Shown here in pieces: positions 4,924 to 17,088 of a stretch of 53,545 nt of DNA (position 1 is its first letter; each line of letters opens with the position of its first letter). Below the pieces are notes generated by a model. It made no database searches, was not told the origin of the DNA, and saw only the letters and a program-made list of their open reading frames with translations. The DNA is from a virus (taxonomy: Duplodnaviria > Caudoviricetes): IMG/VR virus record IMGVR_UViG_3300001533_001828, positions 1 to 53,545 of that record; one strand, 5' to 3'. A program made the translations under genes and the position numbers.

Positions 4924-6809
4924 TGTCTTTTAACCAATTTACAAACTTAGATTTTAATGATTTAAGAACTCAGATAAAAGACTATTTGAGAGCAAACTCA
5001 AATTTTACTGATTTTGACTTTGAGGGATCTAATTTTTCAATATTAATTGATACTCTTGCATATAATTCTTACATTACTGCATATAATACTAATATGGCAG
5101 TCAATGAATCATTCATTGATAGTGCCACTTTAAGAGAAAACATTATATCATTAGCAAGAAATATAGGTTATGTACCAAGATCAAAGAGAGCAGCAAGGGC
5201 ATTAGTTACTTTTTCTGTTAATGTTAGTGGTATTCAAGCAAAAAGCGTAAAATTAAGTGCTGGAGTGGTTGCTACTGGAGCAATACAAGGAGGAAATTAT
5301 ATTTTTTCAATTCCAGATGATATAACAGTAACACCTAACAGTAATGGAATTGCAACATTTGAAAATATTGAGATTTATGAAGGTACTTTATTAAAAAAAT
5401 CATTTATAGTTGATGATTCTCAAGTTGATGCAAAGTATATTTTGCCTAATTTGGGAATAGATACGACAACAATTCGTGTTTCTGTTAGATCCACCGCAGT
5501 AGAAACTTATGAACAATATGCAAATATTTTTGAAGTAAATTCAAGCTCAAGACTTTATCTAATTCAAGAGATTGAAGATGAAAAATATCAATTACTCTTT
5601 GGTGATAATGTTTTAGGAAAAAAACCAGAAAATGGAAGCACAATAGATGCTACTTATATTGTAACTAACGGTATAGATGGAAATAATGCATCAAATTTTA
5701 CTTTTTCTGGAAATCTAACTTATCAACAAGCAGGTGGTGAGGTACAAATAACATCTGGAATATCTCTTATTACAACCATACAAGCATCGGAAAATGGTGA
5801 TAATATTGAATCCATTGATAATATCAAATATCTTGCCCCAAGGGTATATTCATCGCAGTATAGAGCAGTTACATCAGAAGATTACATTAGCCTAATACCT
5901 TTTTTATATTCAAATGTAGAGTCGGTAAGTGCTTATGGTGGAGAAGAATTGGATCCACCACAATACGGAAAAGTTTTTATTACAATAAAACCAAAAAATG
6001 GAGAATTTTTATCAGAAGTTTCAAAAAATCAAATAAAAGAAAATTTAAAAAAATATACTGTTGCTGGCATTAAGCAAGAATTATTAGATCTTAAATATTT
6101 GTATGTAGAATATGATACTACAGTATCATATAATCCTTCATTAATTTCTAGTGAAGATGGATTGTACTCTAGAATACTAAAAACAATTGAAAATTACTCA
6201 AAAACATCTGATATAAACTCTTTTGGGGGAAGATTTAAATATAGTAAATTTGTTTCACTCATTGATAAGGTGGATACTGGAATAACTTCCAATATAACTA
6301 CTATAAAAATGAGAAGAAATTTAACTCCAGCATATAATGTATTAGCAAATTACGAAATTTGTTATGCAAATAAATTCCATTCGGATCTTGAAGGGTTTAA
6401 TGTGAAATCTTCAGCATTTAAAATTGATGGTGTTGATGGGGATGTGTATTTGACCGATACTCCACTTAGTAATGGCAGTAAAACTGGAGTAATTAAATAT
6501 TTTATTATGGAAAATAATGTTCTAAAATTTATTAATAATAATGCAGGAACAGTAAATTATGAAAAAGGTGAAATTATATTATACCCAATTGTAATTACAT
6601 CAACATCATTGGAAAATAAAATAGAAATAGAAGTAATTCCAGATTCAAATGATATTCTTTCAAGAGAAAACATTTATATTGTACTAGATAATACAGATGT
6701 TAGCAAATTATTATTAATTAAAGATACATTGTCATCTGGATCAAATCGTTCTGGTCTAAGTTATGTTCCACCATCAAGTTTTACAAACAATAAAAAATAC
6801 ACAAGATAA
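4923..6809 (+). CDS. gp6: Baseplate wedge subunit gp6
   Basis: LDFNDLRTQIKDYL...FTDFDFEGSNFSILIDTLAYN, ARNIGYVPRS, QYRAVTSEDY; 628 aa. Confidence 0.92.
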   Translation: MSFNQFTNLDFNDLRTQIKDYLRANSNFTDFDFEGSNFSILIDTLAYNSYITAYNTNMAVNESFIDSATLRENIISLARNIGYVPRSKRAARALVTFSVNVSGIQAKSVKLSAGVVATGAIQGGNYIFSIPDDITVTPNSNGIATFENIEIYEGTLLKKSFIVDDSQVDAKYILPNLGIDTTTIRVSVRSTAVETYEQYANIFEVNSSSRLYLIQEIEDEKYQLLFGDNVLGKKPENGSTIDATYIVTNGIDGNNASNFTFSGNLTYQQAGGEVQITSGISLITTIQASENGDNIESIDNIKYLAPRVYSSQYRAVTSEDYISLIPFLYSNVESVSAYGGEELDPPQYGKVFITIKPKNGEFLSEVSKNQIKENLKKYTVAGIKQELLDLKYLYVEYDTTVSYNPSLISSEDGLYSRILKTIENYSKTSDINSFGGRFKYSKFVSLIDKVDTGITSNITTIKMRRNLTPAYNVLANYEICYANKFHSDLEGFNVKSSAFKIDGVDGDVYLTDTPLSNGSKTGVIKYFIMENNVLKFINNNAGTVNYEKGEIILYPIVITSTSLENKIEIEVIPDSNDILSRENIYIVLDNTDVSKLLLIKDTLSSGSNRSGLSYVPPSSFTNNKKYTR

Positions 6810-6811
6810 AA

Positions 6812-9800
6812 ATGATTGAAAGAAAGGTTAAAATTTTAGATGTTTTAAGTAGTCAAATACCAAATTTTATTGAGGAAGAAAATCCTCTGTTTAAAGAATT
6901 TCTTCGTCAGTATTTTATTTCCGAACAACATCAATTTGGATCCACTTCTTTATCTGAGGATTTACCAAAATATAGAAATATTTCTACTTACTCTAATGTT
7001 AATCTTTCATTATTTCCAATATTTTTAACTGAAAATGTTAGTATATTTGATGATACAATTAATGTAAATACAACTGCTGGTTTTCCTGATAAGTACGGAC
7101 TTATTAAAATTGGCAATGAAATAATTACATACACAGAAAAAACAGCAAATACTTTTAATGGATGCATTAGAGGATTTAGTGGTATTGATCAAATAGAAAG
7201 CGAGTATAATCCAGAATTTTTATCATTTATTTCCACAAATTCTGAAGATCATTTATTAGGGGACTCTGTTGAAAATTTAAGCTTTGTATTTCTTGCAGAA
7301 TTTTATAAAAAGTATAAGTATCAATTCATACCAGGATTTGAAAATAGAAACTTTCAACAAAATTTATCAATAGAAAATATTTTAACAAGGGCAAGAGACT
7401 TTTATTCATCAAAAGGGACAGATACTGCATTAAAGATATTATTCAGTGTTCTTTTTGGAAAAAATATAGAAATAATAAAACCATTTGACAATACAATAGC
7501 ACCTTCAGATGCTGAATGGTTAGTAGCATATGAAATGATTGTTGATGCAATTGAAGGAAATCCATTAAATTTAACAAAATCAACAATTGTAAGTGATTCA
7601 TTATCAAACCCCTTAGCAAGTGGAGCAATTTCAAATGTAGAAGAAATATTTTTAGGAAATAAAAAATATTATAAGATTTTAATCTCTAGAGACACATTAG
7701 TTGGTAATTTCATTATTAATAACAAAACTGAAGTAATCGGCACAGGAACTACCACATCAGTAGTTACTGTAGATTCTACTATTGGTTTTTCTGATTCTGG
7801 GTCTTTTTATTATCTTGACTCTTTGGGAGAATATAATGAAGTAACATATCAATCAAAATCATATAATCAATTTTTTGATTGTTCTGGTTTAGATAATACA
7901 CTTCAAGAAAATACCAAAATTATTGGTAATCAATTTATCTATGGTTATGAAAATAATCAAGAAGACCAAATATGTATTATGAGGATTGTTGGATCCATTT
8001 CAGATGTAATTAATAAAGAAAATACAAAATATTTTACTCCAAATGATGAATTGTATTTAAAAAGTCTAGGAGAAAAAGCAAATTTAGATGATAAAAAGAA
8101 TAATAATTGGTTTTATAATAATGCATCAAAAAATTCTGTTTTATCAGTAGATCCATCAACAAACACAATAATAACAAAAGATTATCATTTTCTTTATGTT
8201 GGTGATAAAGTTGATATTATTGACTTATCTAATGGAGGAGTTGCAGTTAATAATGCTACAGTTTCTCAAGTTGTAAGTAAAATCCAATTTCAAATAAACT
8301 CTGGGGCATTAGAACTTGGAGCTAATTATATTGTTAAAAAAAGATTAAAATATGTTTCTAATAATTTAAATTTAAAAGGTTTAATGTCGGATATTCAAAA
8401 TTCATTTTTGGATCAGGATAAGAACACTTACATTGCATTTTCTGGGTTTCCCTCATATTCAGATTTAGAAACAACCAATAGATCGAAAACATTTACACAA
8501 AATAATATTTCTCCAAGTATAATTTCACTAAATGATCACAATTTTATAAATGGTGAAAAAATATATTATACTCCAGAATCTACTAGTGGTGAAATAGTTG
8601 GTTTATCTACTGGATTTTATTATGTGAAAAAAGTTGATAATAATAATTTATCTCTTTGTATTAGTAGAGAAAATGTTCATAGCAATTTAATAATACCGAT
8701 TAGTGGCATTGGTACAGGAACATATAGAATTACCCCAGCAAGTCTATCACAAAAAAGTTTAAAAAATCAAAATAACTTTAAAAGAATAAGGAAAGTTCCA
8801 AAAAATAAATCAAATGAACTAGAAATACGTGGTCCAATTGGGGTAACACTCAATGGTGTTGAGTTATATTCTCCAATATCTTTGAATTCTATCTATTATG
8901 GGCAATTAAACCGTATTAATATTCTTGATGGCGGCAATGGATATGATGTAATAAATCCTCCTGAAGTTTTAATTGAAGATGCTATAGGGTCTTCTGCACA
9001 AGCATATGCTTGTGTAGAGGGAGCAATCTCCGAAATTATTTTATCTTTTCCTGGATTTGATTATACCGAAACACCCTCAATTAATATAATTGGAGGAAAT
9101 GGCGTAAATTCAGAAGCTGAAGCAAAAACAAAAGCATTTATACATAATATTTCTTTTTCTGATAGATTTGTAAGCCTTTCAGAAAATGTAGTAAATCTAA
9201 ATACAGACCATAAATTTTTAGATGGGGAGGAAGTAGTCTATACTACTGATGGTTTATCGATTGGAATTGGAAGTACTAATGTTGGATATTCAACTTCAAG
9301 ATTATCAAATGGTGGAACTTATTTTATAGCAAAGATTGATGATTTCAAGTTTTCTCTTGCAACAACAAGAGAAAGAGCACTTCAAAAAACAAATTTAATT
9401 GATTTTTTATCTTTTGGTAATAGATCACATACAATTACTTCAAAAAAAGTAAGAAAAATAATTGATAGAATTGTATTAAAAAATTCAGGAAAAAAATATT
9501 CAAACAAAAGAGTTATTATAGATTCTAAAAATTATCCTCCACAAAATAGAGAAGATTTATTTAAATCTTTTGTTGGTATCAATACTTATGATAATTATAT
9601 TTTTGCAAAAAATCATAATTTTAAAGATGGTGAAGTTTTAGCATATTTCTGTGAAGGAATAGAAATATCTGGACTATCTACATCAAATTATTATAAAGTA
9701 ACAGTTCTTGATGAAAATAGATTTAAACTAAGTAATGCTGGAACAGCCTCAAGTGTATCAAGCACCAATTATAATAATAAAATATATGAAAATTTAGAAT

Positions 9801-12800
9801 CAATAGGAGTTGGGACTCATACATTTAGATATCCACCAATAACAGTAAATATAGTTGGATCTGTAGGAATTGGAAGCACACAAAAAGCAGACTATTATGA
9901 TGCAAGTGCTTATGTGAAAGTTAAAGGAAATATTGAAAATATTTTCTTAAAGGATGGTGGCGCAGGATATGGATCATCTGATGTTATAGATTATTTAAGA
10001 AACCCATCAATTACTTTAAAAACTGGAAGAAATGGGGCAGTAAAACCAGTTATTGATGAAAATGGTGTAATTGATAGCATTTATATTGTAAATCCTGGGG
10101 AAAATTATACATCTCCCCCTGAGTTAATTGTTTCTGGTCCAGGAAAATATGCAAAATTACGAGCAAGTGTTTTGGATGGAGAAATTGTTTCAGTTGAAAT
10201 AATTAATGGGGGAACTGGATATACTCAAGAAACTTATATAAGTGTTATTCCTAGCGGAAATGGTGCAAAATTTGGAGCAGATTTACAAGAATGGAAAATT
10301 AATACAGTAGAAAGGTACAAATCTATACTAAACGTTGAGGAATATAAAGATACACTACAGGTAAAATCAGAAACTAGGGAAAAAGAAAATAAAATATGTT
10401 CGTTTTATGCACCAAAAGAAATTAGAAAGTTATTAAATGATAATTTAGATCCAAACACATTTGAAGAGCTTGAAGAACTAGATACGCACTCTCCAATTAT
10501 TGGATGGGCATACGATGGAAATCCAATATATGGACCATATGGAAATGCAAAAAGTATCCCAGATACATCTGGAACTGGGGGACTTAAAAGAATTGAATCA
10601 AGTTATGAACTAAATCCTTTATCTGATAGTACATTAAGGCCAAATTATCCATCTGGATATTTCATTGAAGATTATGTATATACCGGAAATGGCGATCTTG
10701 ATGAATATAATGGTAGATTTGTCGTTAATGAGGATTTTCCCAATGGGTCTTATGCTTATTTTTCAACTTTAGATTCATTTAAAAACCCACAGTTTCCTTA
10801 TATTACATTTGAGCATAATAATGAGACAGATCCATTCAATTATGACCTAATTAGATCACAATCGGATGTGTATTTAAATACTGGAGAATATGTAAGAAAT
10901 ATAACACCATTGGGACTAGGAGAGGAAAATAGAAGCTATGATTTTCTATCAGATCCATTAAATTCTAATGTAAAATTAAAAGTAAAAAATACTAGAAAAT
11001 CTGGCATATCAACAGTTTTCGTAAATTTTCCTGGAAATTCCTATAATATTAATGATGAAGTTATATTTGATTCTAATGAAACAATTGATTGTTATGTTGA
11101 TGAAATTATTGGAAAAAATATAATTTCAATAGCTACAACAAGTATCGAAGTTAATAATTTAGTATTTTCCTTAATCGATAATAAAGTTACCGCATTCAGT
11201 ACTTCTCCACACGGTTTTTCTGACAATGATATTGTTTTCGTATCCGGAATAACATCTTCAACATACAAAAATATAGAAGGAAAAAGAGTTATTGGAGTTA
11301 ATACTATTTCTTCTACATTAAGTGTAGCAGTTGCAAGCACTACAGTAACTGGATATAGTACTTTTATATCTTTATCAGAACCAACATCTACTGGAAAATT
11401 TTATGCTGATGATTTAATTAAAGTTGGTAATGAGAAGATGTTAATTACTAATATTGATGACTATAATAATAGATATATTGTTATTAGATCCTATGACAAT
11501 TCGACTGGTTCTGCACATACTCAGGGAAAATTTGTAGAAAAATTACCAAAAAAATTTACATTTAATATTGATAAAAAGTTAAATAACTCTAATTTAAATG
11601 TTAATAAGTATTATTATTTTGATTCATCTTCATCTGTCGGTATTGGAAGTACCTACACAAGTGTCGTTGTTGGCACTTCAGGAAGTACAAATATAGTAAA
11701 ATCAATTCCACCAAGGGCAATATATCTTCCTGGGCATAGTTTTAATAGTGGAGACGAATTATCTTTAGTTTCTATTGATGGTACTATACTAGCGTCTAGA
11801 AATTCATCACTAACTCCATCTTTTTCACTTTCTAATATTGATCAATTATATTGTGTAAAATTAAATAGAGATTATATTGGAGTTTCTACAGAAAAGGTTG
11901 GATATACAACTTCTTATGTGTATTTTGTAAGTGCCAATGGAGATTCTCACAAGTTTGAAACAATCAAAAATCAGATAACTGGAACTGCAAAAAGAATAGA
12001 CTCAGTTATTACATTAGATGAAGAGCACAATATACAAAAAAATGAAAAAATTAGACTAAATGTAAATCCAAGTTATACTCAAAGCTTTAATTTCTTATTT
12101 AATGAAAATATTAAGAAATTAGTTGTGAATCCTGTCTCATTTGCATCTACATCAGTTGGTGTTGGTTCAACCTTATCTACAATATTGATTAATAATCACG
12201 ATTATGAGACTGGAGATTTGCTTTTATATTCAGCAAATGATCCTATTTCTCCTTTAACTAACAATCAAATATACTATGCTATAAAAATTTCAGACAATAC
12301 TATTAGACTTGCAACTAATAAATATGATTCAACAAAATATCCAAATGAATATATTGGTATCACTTCTTTTGGATCAGGAAATCACACATTATCAAAAGTT
12401 AATCCAAAATTAAACTTTTATACTGGAAATACAGTTTCTATTGCAACATCAGATTCTAGCATGTCTGGATATGATATTGTCTTCTATAGAGATCCAGAGT
12501 TTAAAGCAAGATATGATACTTCTTCAATTAAGAAACAAGGAGTTAATGGTGATGAAGATTTAAATACAAAAATTTTAATTTCTGTTGGAAGCTCTTTACT
12601 GAATACTTTTTATTACCGAGTAGAAGGTAAAGATTTAAATTATTTAAATACTTATCCATCATCAGTAAATGAAGAAGTTTCTAATTATTCCGAAATAAAA
12701 GTATTAGAGTCAAAATATAACAATATTCATAAAGTATCTGGAATAGGAAGTACCACTATTACATTAAATTTAGAAAATAATCCAGAAAGGTTATATTATG

Positions 12801-15800
12801 ATGCTCTTGGATTTAGTAGTGCATTTTACTCTACCGCATCAGTTAATGAATCTGGAGGAATATTTTCAATAAAAGTTTTAAATCCAGGAAAATCTTTGAA
12901 GAACCTTCCACCAATATTATCAGTTGGTTCTACAACTGGTTCTTTTGCTGAAGTTTCTGTAGAATCAGATGAAATTGGAAAGATAATTGATTTTGATGTT
13001 ATATCTCAGGGTTTAGAAATACCAAATGACAAAACATTAATACCTAAAGCTGATGCTTATACTATTTTAAAATTAAAAAATTACTACACATTAAATTCTA
13101 TTGGTGTGGATAGTGGAGGAAAAGATTATATTTCTGCTCCAAATACAATTGCTATAGGAAATTCTTCAATAATTACAAAAACTAGTATTGAGGGAAGTTC
13201 GGTTTCAAGTGTTGATATTTTAGTAAATGATAGTGGTATATCAAAAGATATTAGGTTTATTCCAACAATAAACACAAATGGTGTCAATGTAATTGGTGCA
13301 ACTTCCGCATTTGAAGTAAATACTCTTTCTTTAAGAGCACCAATTCTTGGATTTGATCCATTTCCATTTACTATCGGTGATGAAATATATGTAGAAAATG
13401 TAAAAATTACTGATAGTGCAGATGGGTATAACTCCAGTGATTATGAATATCAGTATTTTACAGTTACAGGAATTAATACTATATCTGGAACGGAAAGTAT
13501 TTCATACTCAATTTCTGGTTTAGGTTTGACTGGTGGAACTTTTGATGGTGCATATACTTATGGAAGGGTTATTAAAAAAAGCAACTTGGCACAATTTACT
13601 CCAACCTTTAGGGAAGTTGAATTTATTGAAGGAGAGTTAGTAAGCCAAATTGATGGATCCGCTTATGGATATGTTGCAAAAAATGGATGGGATCCAAATC
13701 TTGGAACTTTAAAACTTAGAAATGTAAATGGAGAATTTGATAGTGATAAAAAAATAATTGGATCCATAGGAAACTATAAATCAGAGGTTGATGAAAAATA
13801 TGAATTTGATTTAAACTTCTTAGTTAGTCCTTTATTTTTAAAGCCACAAAACTGGATTTCGGATAAAGGAAAATTAAACTTATCCGATCAAAGAATTCAC
13901 GATAACGACTATTATCAAAGATTCTCATATTCAGTTAGGGGTGAAGTTGATTATGAAACTTGGAAAGAACCAGTGAATAGCTTAACTCATGTTTCTGGAT
14001 TCAAGAATTTTTCAAATTATGAGATTATAAATGGAATTGGAAATACAGCAATAATCAAAAAAGAAGATTCTACAATTGATTTAACTGTTGAATTACTTGG
14101 AGAAGCATCTGTTTATGACAGATTTTATTATGATTTAGTATCAGAAGATACTGAAGATTCCTCATTATCCAAAATTATAAAATTTGATTCAAAAATTCTT
14201 ACAGATTATAATGAATCAAGAACTAATAAAGTTTTATTATTGGATGATATTAGTTCTCAATTTACTGGAATAGTTACTAGTTTGGGTGGAGGACTAATCG
14301 GTTTAAGTACTTTTGTACTATATTCTTCTACAAATAGAATTTTTTATAAAGAATTTGATCCATCTGGAATAAACACATCAACTTCTATAATATCAATAAA
14401 TGATCATGAATTTAATACTGGAGAAATATTAACGTATTCTGAAAATACTGGATATCCAATAGGAATTGCAAGTACTTATGTATCTGGTATTGGTTCAACT
14501 AGTATCTTACCAAACACTGTATATGCTATAAGAGTAACAAAAGATCAAATAAAATTAGCAATAGGAAGATCCGAAGCAATTGCAGGAAGCGCAGTATCAT
14601 TCACTTCTATAACTGGTATTGGTTCTACTCATTCACTATCTGTAGAGACTGATTTAGCAACTAGTAGAGCAGTTATATCTATAGATAATATTTTACAGAG
14701 TCCATTATCCAGAAAAGATATTATCGTTTCTCTTGCTTCTTCTGTTGGAATATCTTCTACTACAATTTATCTCAATGATATATCAAAAATAGAAGGTAAT
14801 TCTTTAATAAAAATTAACAATGAAATAATAAAAGTAAATTTGGTAGGTGTTGGATCTACTAATGTCTTAAATGTTGATAGAGGGTATATGGGATCAGTTT
14901 CTTCTGGTCATACAGTGGGAGCATCTGTAACTGTACTATCTGGAGATTATAGAATTAAAGATGGTATTTTATACTTTTCAGATCCTCCATATGGTCCTTC
15001 TGGTATTGGGTCACTTACAACAAAATCATCATTTCACGGAAGAGTATTTTATAAACTAAATTATGATACAAATTATATAATAGATGATATATCAGAGAAT
15101 TTTGATAGCTCCACATCTGATTTTGATTTGAAAAATAATGGTCAAACATTATCAGGTATTCAAACAAGTTTTGGATTTATTTTAGTTAATAACATATTCC
15201 AGAGACCATTTTATGGGGATGTTGGATCAATTTTGGAATCCGATTATGAAATTGTTGGTACTGGCCAAACAATCTCATTTACTGGTTCAGAAATAGATAG
15301 AGATTTACCAAAAGGTGGAATAATTAATGAGTTTTCAGTTGGAATTGGAAGTGGGTATCAAGTACAGCAAAGAGCATATGCTTATGCAGTTGTTTCTATA
15401 GCAGGAACTATACAATCAATTGGCATTTCAACTGGTGGATCTGGATATACAATAAATCCTAGAGTTTCTATTGCAGATACTCTTGGAGTTGGTTTTGGAG
15501 CTTCTGTTTTATCTTCCGTTAATAACGGAATAGTAACATCATTTACAATTTCAAATCCTGGAAGTGGTTATACATCATCAAATCCTCCTTTAGTTTTCAT
15601 AGATGAACCTACTCCTTATAAAAATTTACCTCTCAGTGGTGGAACTGGTAAAAACGCATCTATGAATGTTAATGTTGGAACAGGTGGAAGTGTAATATCT
15701 TTTGAGATTGAAAATGGGGGATATGGTTATTCTATTGGAGATAATTTATCATTAACTGGAATTCCGTATCAAGTAGGAATAGGAACTTCAGCATTCAATA

Positions 15801-17065
15801 TAACTGTTGAAAATAGATACCAAAATAAATTTTCTGGATGGACTTTTGGGCAACTTCTAGAACTTGATGATTTTAGCAATTTATTTAATGGATTTAGAAA
15901 GTCTTTCTTACTAACAAGAACTATAGTAACTAAAGAATATTATAGTGTTGTTGCTCAAGCGGACTCTGGTATAGTTCTTGCCAATAATCTTTTAATATTT
16001 TTAAATGATGTTTTACAAAAACCAAATATAGATTATATCTTTAATGGTGGAACTAGATTGTCATTTAGAGAAGCTCCAAAGAGCGGAAGTAAATTGAAAA
16101 TTTATCTCTATGTTGGATCTTCTGATGATTATATTGAAGTTGATGTTGATGAAACTATCAAACCAGGAGATAGATTAAGACTACAAAAACAAGATAATGT
16201 TCCTAGCCAAGAAGAAAGAACAATTTATGAACTAATTGCATCTGACACTTTAGAAACTCAAACATATGGTGGTATTGGAATTGTTACTGATAGTACATTT
16301 TTACGTCCAGTAGTTTGGTCTAAGCAAACTACAGATTTAATAATTGACGGTAATATTGTATCAAAGGAGAGAGATTATCTAGAGCCAGGAATATATCCAA
16401 GTACAAATATAATTACATCAATTGCATCTACAGATGCAAGATTATATGTAAAAAATGTTTATCCAATTTTTAAAAATATTGATGATTTGGGACAAGTATT
16501 AAATGATATAAGAATTGTTGGATTAGGAACTACTGCAGTAACTGAGACTATTGAAAGTGTATCATATAATGGAGATTATGGATTAATTGTTGGAATAGGG
16601 ACAAGTGCTACAGGAATAGGAACAGCAAGTCCAGTATTAATTTTTGATATTATACCAAATCCAAACATAGTCAATGATGTTTCTATTTCTGGTTTATCTA
16701 CAGGAGATTATTTTGTAGTGGAAAATACCATAATTGGAAGTGGGGTTACATCTATCAAAAATAATTTAAGTGAAATTGTTTCTATTGGAAATAGTTTTAT
16801 TGATAATGTTTATTATGCAAATCATATAGTTTCTATTGGTTCTTCAACTCTTCGTGTTTATTCAAATGTTTCATCAGTAGATGGAATAACTACATCAAAC
16901 TTACCATCTAATCTTTTAAATTATGGATCATATACTTGGGGGGCAATTGATGGATCGAGAGGTTTAAATGCTAAAGAATTTGAATTTTATAATCAAAATG
17001 GATTACTTGGAATAGAAACTTCTGCAAATATTTCTAGATTACTTCCACTAAGATTATCCTATTAA
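6812..17065 (+). CDS. gp7: Very large baseplate wedge initiator (gp7-like) with many accessory beta-rich modules
   Basis: 3417 aa between gp6 and gp8. N-terminal QIPNFIEEENPLFKEFLRQYF and DFYSSKGT; RIHDNDYYQRFSYSVR; HSPIIGWAYDGNPIYGPYG; repeated GGxGY and HxFxxGE modules. Confidence 0.75.
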   Translation: MIERKVKILDVLSSQIPNFIEEENPLFKEFLRQYFISEQHQFGSTSLSEDLPKYRNISTYSNVNLSLFPIFLTENVSIFDDTINVNTTAGFPDKYGLIKIGNEIITYTEKTANTFNGCIRGFSGIDQIESEYNPEFLSFISTNSEDHLLGDSVENLSFVFLAEFYKKYKYQFIPGFENRNFQQNLSIENILTRARDFYSSKGTDTALKILFSVLFGKNIEIIKPFDNTIAPSDAEWLVAYEMIVDAIEGNPLNLTKSTIVSDSLSNPLASGAISNVEEIFLGNKKYYKILISRDTLVGNFIINNKTEVIGTGTTTSVVTVDSTIGFSDSGSFYYLDSLGEYNEVTYQSKSYNQFFDCSGLDNTLQENTKIIGNQFIYGYENNQEDQICIMRIVGSISDVINKENTKYFTPNDELYLKSLGEKANLDDKKNNNWFYNNASKNSVLSVDPSTNTIITKDYHFLYVGDKVDIIDLSNGGVAVNNATVSQVVSKIQFQINSGALELGANYIVKKRLKYVSNNLNLKGLMSDIQNSFLDQDKNTYIAFSGFPSYSDLETTNRSKTFTQNNISPSIISLNDHNFINGEKIYYTPESTSGEIVGLSTGFYYVKKVDNNNLSLCISRENVHSNLIIPISGIGTGTYRITPASLSQKSLKNQNNFKRIRKVPKNKSNELEIRGPIGVTLNGVELYSPISLNSIYYGQLNRINILDGGNGYDVINPPEVLIEDAIGSSAQAYACVEGAISEIILSFPGFDYTETPSINIIGGNGVNSEAEAKTKAFIHNISFSDRFVSLSENVVNLNTDHKFLDGEEVVYTTDGLSIGIGSTNVGYSTSRLSNGGTYFIAKIDDFKFSLATTRERALQKTNLIDFLSFGNRSHTITSKKVRKIIDRIVLKNSGKKYSNKRVIIDSKNYPPQNREDLFKSFVGINTYDNYIFAKNHNFKDGEVLAYFCEGIEISGLSTSNYYKVTVLDENRFKLSNAGTASSVSSTNYNNKIYENLESIGVGTHTFRYPPITVNIVGSVGIGSTQKADYYDASAYVKVKGNIENIFLKDGGAGYGSSDVIDYLRNPSITLKTGRNGAVKPVIDENGVIDSIYIVNPGENYTSPPELIVSGPGKYAKLRASVLDGEIVSVEIINGGTGYTQETYISVIPSGNGAKFGADLQEWKINTVERYKSILNVEEYKDTLQVKSETREKENKICSFYAPKEIRKLLNDNLDPNTFEELEELDTHSPIIGWAYDGNPIYGPYGNAKSIPDTSGTGGLKRIESSYELNPLSDSTLRPNYPSGYFIEDYVYTGNGDLDEYNGRFVVNEDFPNGSYAYFSTLDSFKNPQFPYITFEHNNETDPFNYDLIRSQSDVYLNTGEYVRNITPLGLGEENRSYDFLSDPLNSNVKLKVKNTRKSGISTVFVNFPGNSYNINDEVIFDSNETIDCYVDEIIGKNIISIATTSIEVNNLVFSLIDNKVTAFSTSPHGFSDNDIVFVSGITSSTYKNIEGKRVIGVNTISSTLSVAVASTTVTGYSTFISLSEPTSTGKFYADDLIKVGNEKMLITNIDDYNNRYIVIRSYDNSTGSAHTQGKFVEKLPKKFTFNIDKKLNNSNLNVNKYYYFDSSSSVGIGSTYTSVVVGTSGSTNIVKSIPPRAIYLPGHSFNSGDELSLVSIDGTILASRNSSLTPSFSLSNIDQLYCVKLNRDYIGVSTEKVGYTTSYVYFVSANGDSHKFETIKNQITGTAKRIDSVITLDEEHNIQKNEKIRLNVNPSYTQSFNFLFNENIKKLVVNPVSFASTSVGVGSTLSTILINNHDYETGDLLLYSANDPISPLTNNQIYYAIKISDNTIRLATNKYDSTKYPNEYIGITSFGSGNHTLSKVNPKLNFYTGNTVSIATSDSSMSGYDIVFYRDPEFKARYDTSSIKKQGVNGDEDLNTKILISVGSSLLNTFYYRVEGKDLNYLNTYPSSVNEEVSNYSEIKVLESKYNNIHKVSGIGSTTITLNLENNPERLYYDALGFSSAFYSTASVNESGGIFSIKVLNPGKSLKNLPPILSVGSTTGSFAEVSVESDEIGKIIDFDVISQGLEIPNDKTLIPKADAYTILKLKNYYTLNSIGVDSGGKDYISAPNTIAIGNSSIITKTSIEGSSVSSVDILVNDSGISKDIRFIPTINTNGVNVIGATSAFEVNTLSLRAPILGFDPFPFTIGDEIYVENVKITDSADGYNSSDYEYQYFTVTGINTISGTESISYSISGLGLTGGTFDGAYTYGRVIKKSNLAQFTPTFREVEFIEGELVSQIDGSAYGYVAKNGWDPNLGTLKLRNVNGEFDSDKKIIGSIGNYKSEVDEKYEFDLNFLVSPLFLKPQNWISDKGKLNLSDQRIHDNDYYQRFSYSVRGEVDYETWKEPVNSLTHVSGFKNFSNYEIINGIGNTAIIKKEDSTIDLTVELLGEASVYDRFYYDLVSEDTEDSSLSKIIKFDSKILTDYNESRTNKVLLLDDISSQFTGIVTSLGGGLIGLSTFVLYSSTNRIFYKEFDPSGINTSTSIISINDHEFNTGEILTYSENTGYPIGIASTYVSGIGSTSILPNTVYAIRVTKDQIKLAIGRSEAIAGSAVSFTSITGIGSTHSLSVETDLATSRAVISIDNILQSPLSRKDIIVSLASSVGISSTTIYLNDISKIEGNSLIKINNEIIKVNLVGVGSTNVLNVDRGYMGSVSSGHTVGASVTVLSGDYRIKDGILYFSDPPYGPSGIGSLTTKSSFHGRVFYKLNYDTNYIIDDISENFDSSTSDFDLKNNGQTLSGIQTSFGFILVNNIFQRPFYGDVGSILESDYEIVGTGQTISFTGSEIDRDLPKGGIINEFSVGIGSGYQVQQRAYAYAVVSIAGTIQSIGISTGGSGYTINPRVSIADTLGVGFGASVLSSVNNGIVTSFTISNPGSGYTSSNPPLVFIDEPTPYKNLPLSGGTGKNASMNVNVGTGGSVISFEIENGGYGYSIGDNLSLTGIPYQVGIGTSAFNITVENRYQNKFSGWTFGQLLELDDFSNLFNGFRKSFLLTRTIVTKEYYSVVAQADSGIVLANNLLIFLNDVLQKPNIDYIFNGGTRLSFREAPKSGSKLKIYLYVGSSDDYIEVDVDETIKPGDRLRLQKQDNVPSQEERTIYELIASDTLETQTYGGIGIVTDSTFLRPVVWSKQTTDLIIDGNIVSKERDYLEPGIYPSTNIITSIASTDARLYVKNVYPIFKNIDDLGQVLNDIRIVGLGTTAVTETIESVSYNGDYGLIVGIGTSATGIGTASPVLIFDIIPNPNIVNDVSISGLSTGDYFVVENTIIGSGVTSIKNNLSEIVSIGNSFIDNVYYANHIVSIGSSTLRVYSNVSSVDGITTSNLPSNLLNYGSYTWGAIDGSRGLNAKEFEFYNQNGLLGIETSANISRLLPLRLSY

Positions 17066-17067
17066 TG

Positions 17068-17075
17068 TATAAATA
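17068..17075 (+). promoter_or_regulatory. T4-type late promoter
   Basis: TATAAATA, 13 nt before the gp8 start. Confidence 0.8.
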
Positions 17076-17088
17076 GTCAAAAAACATC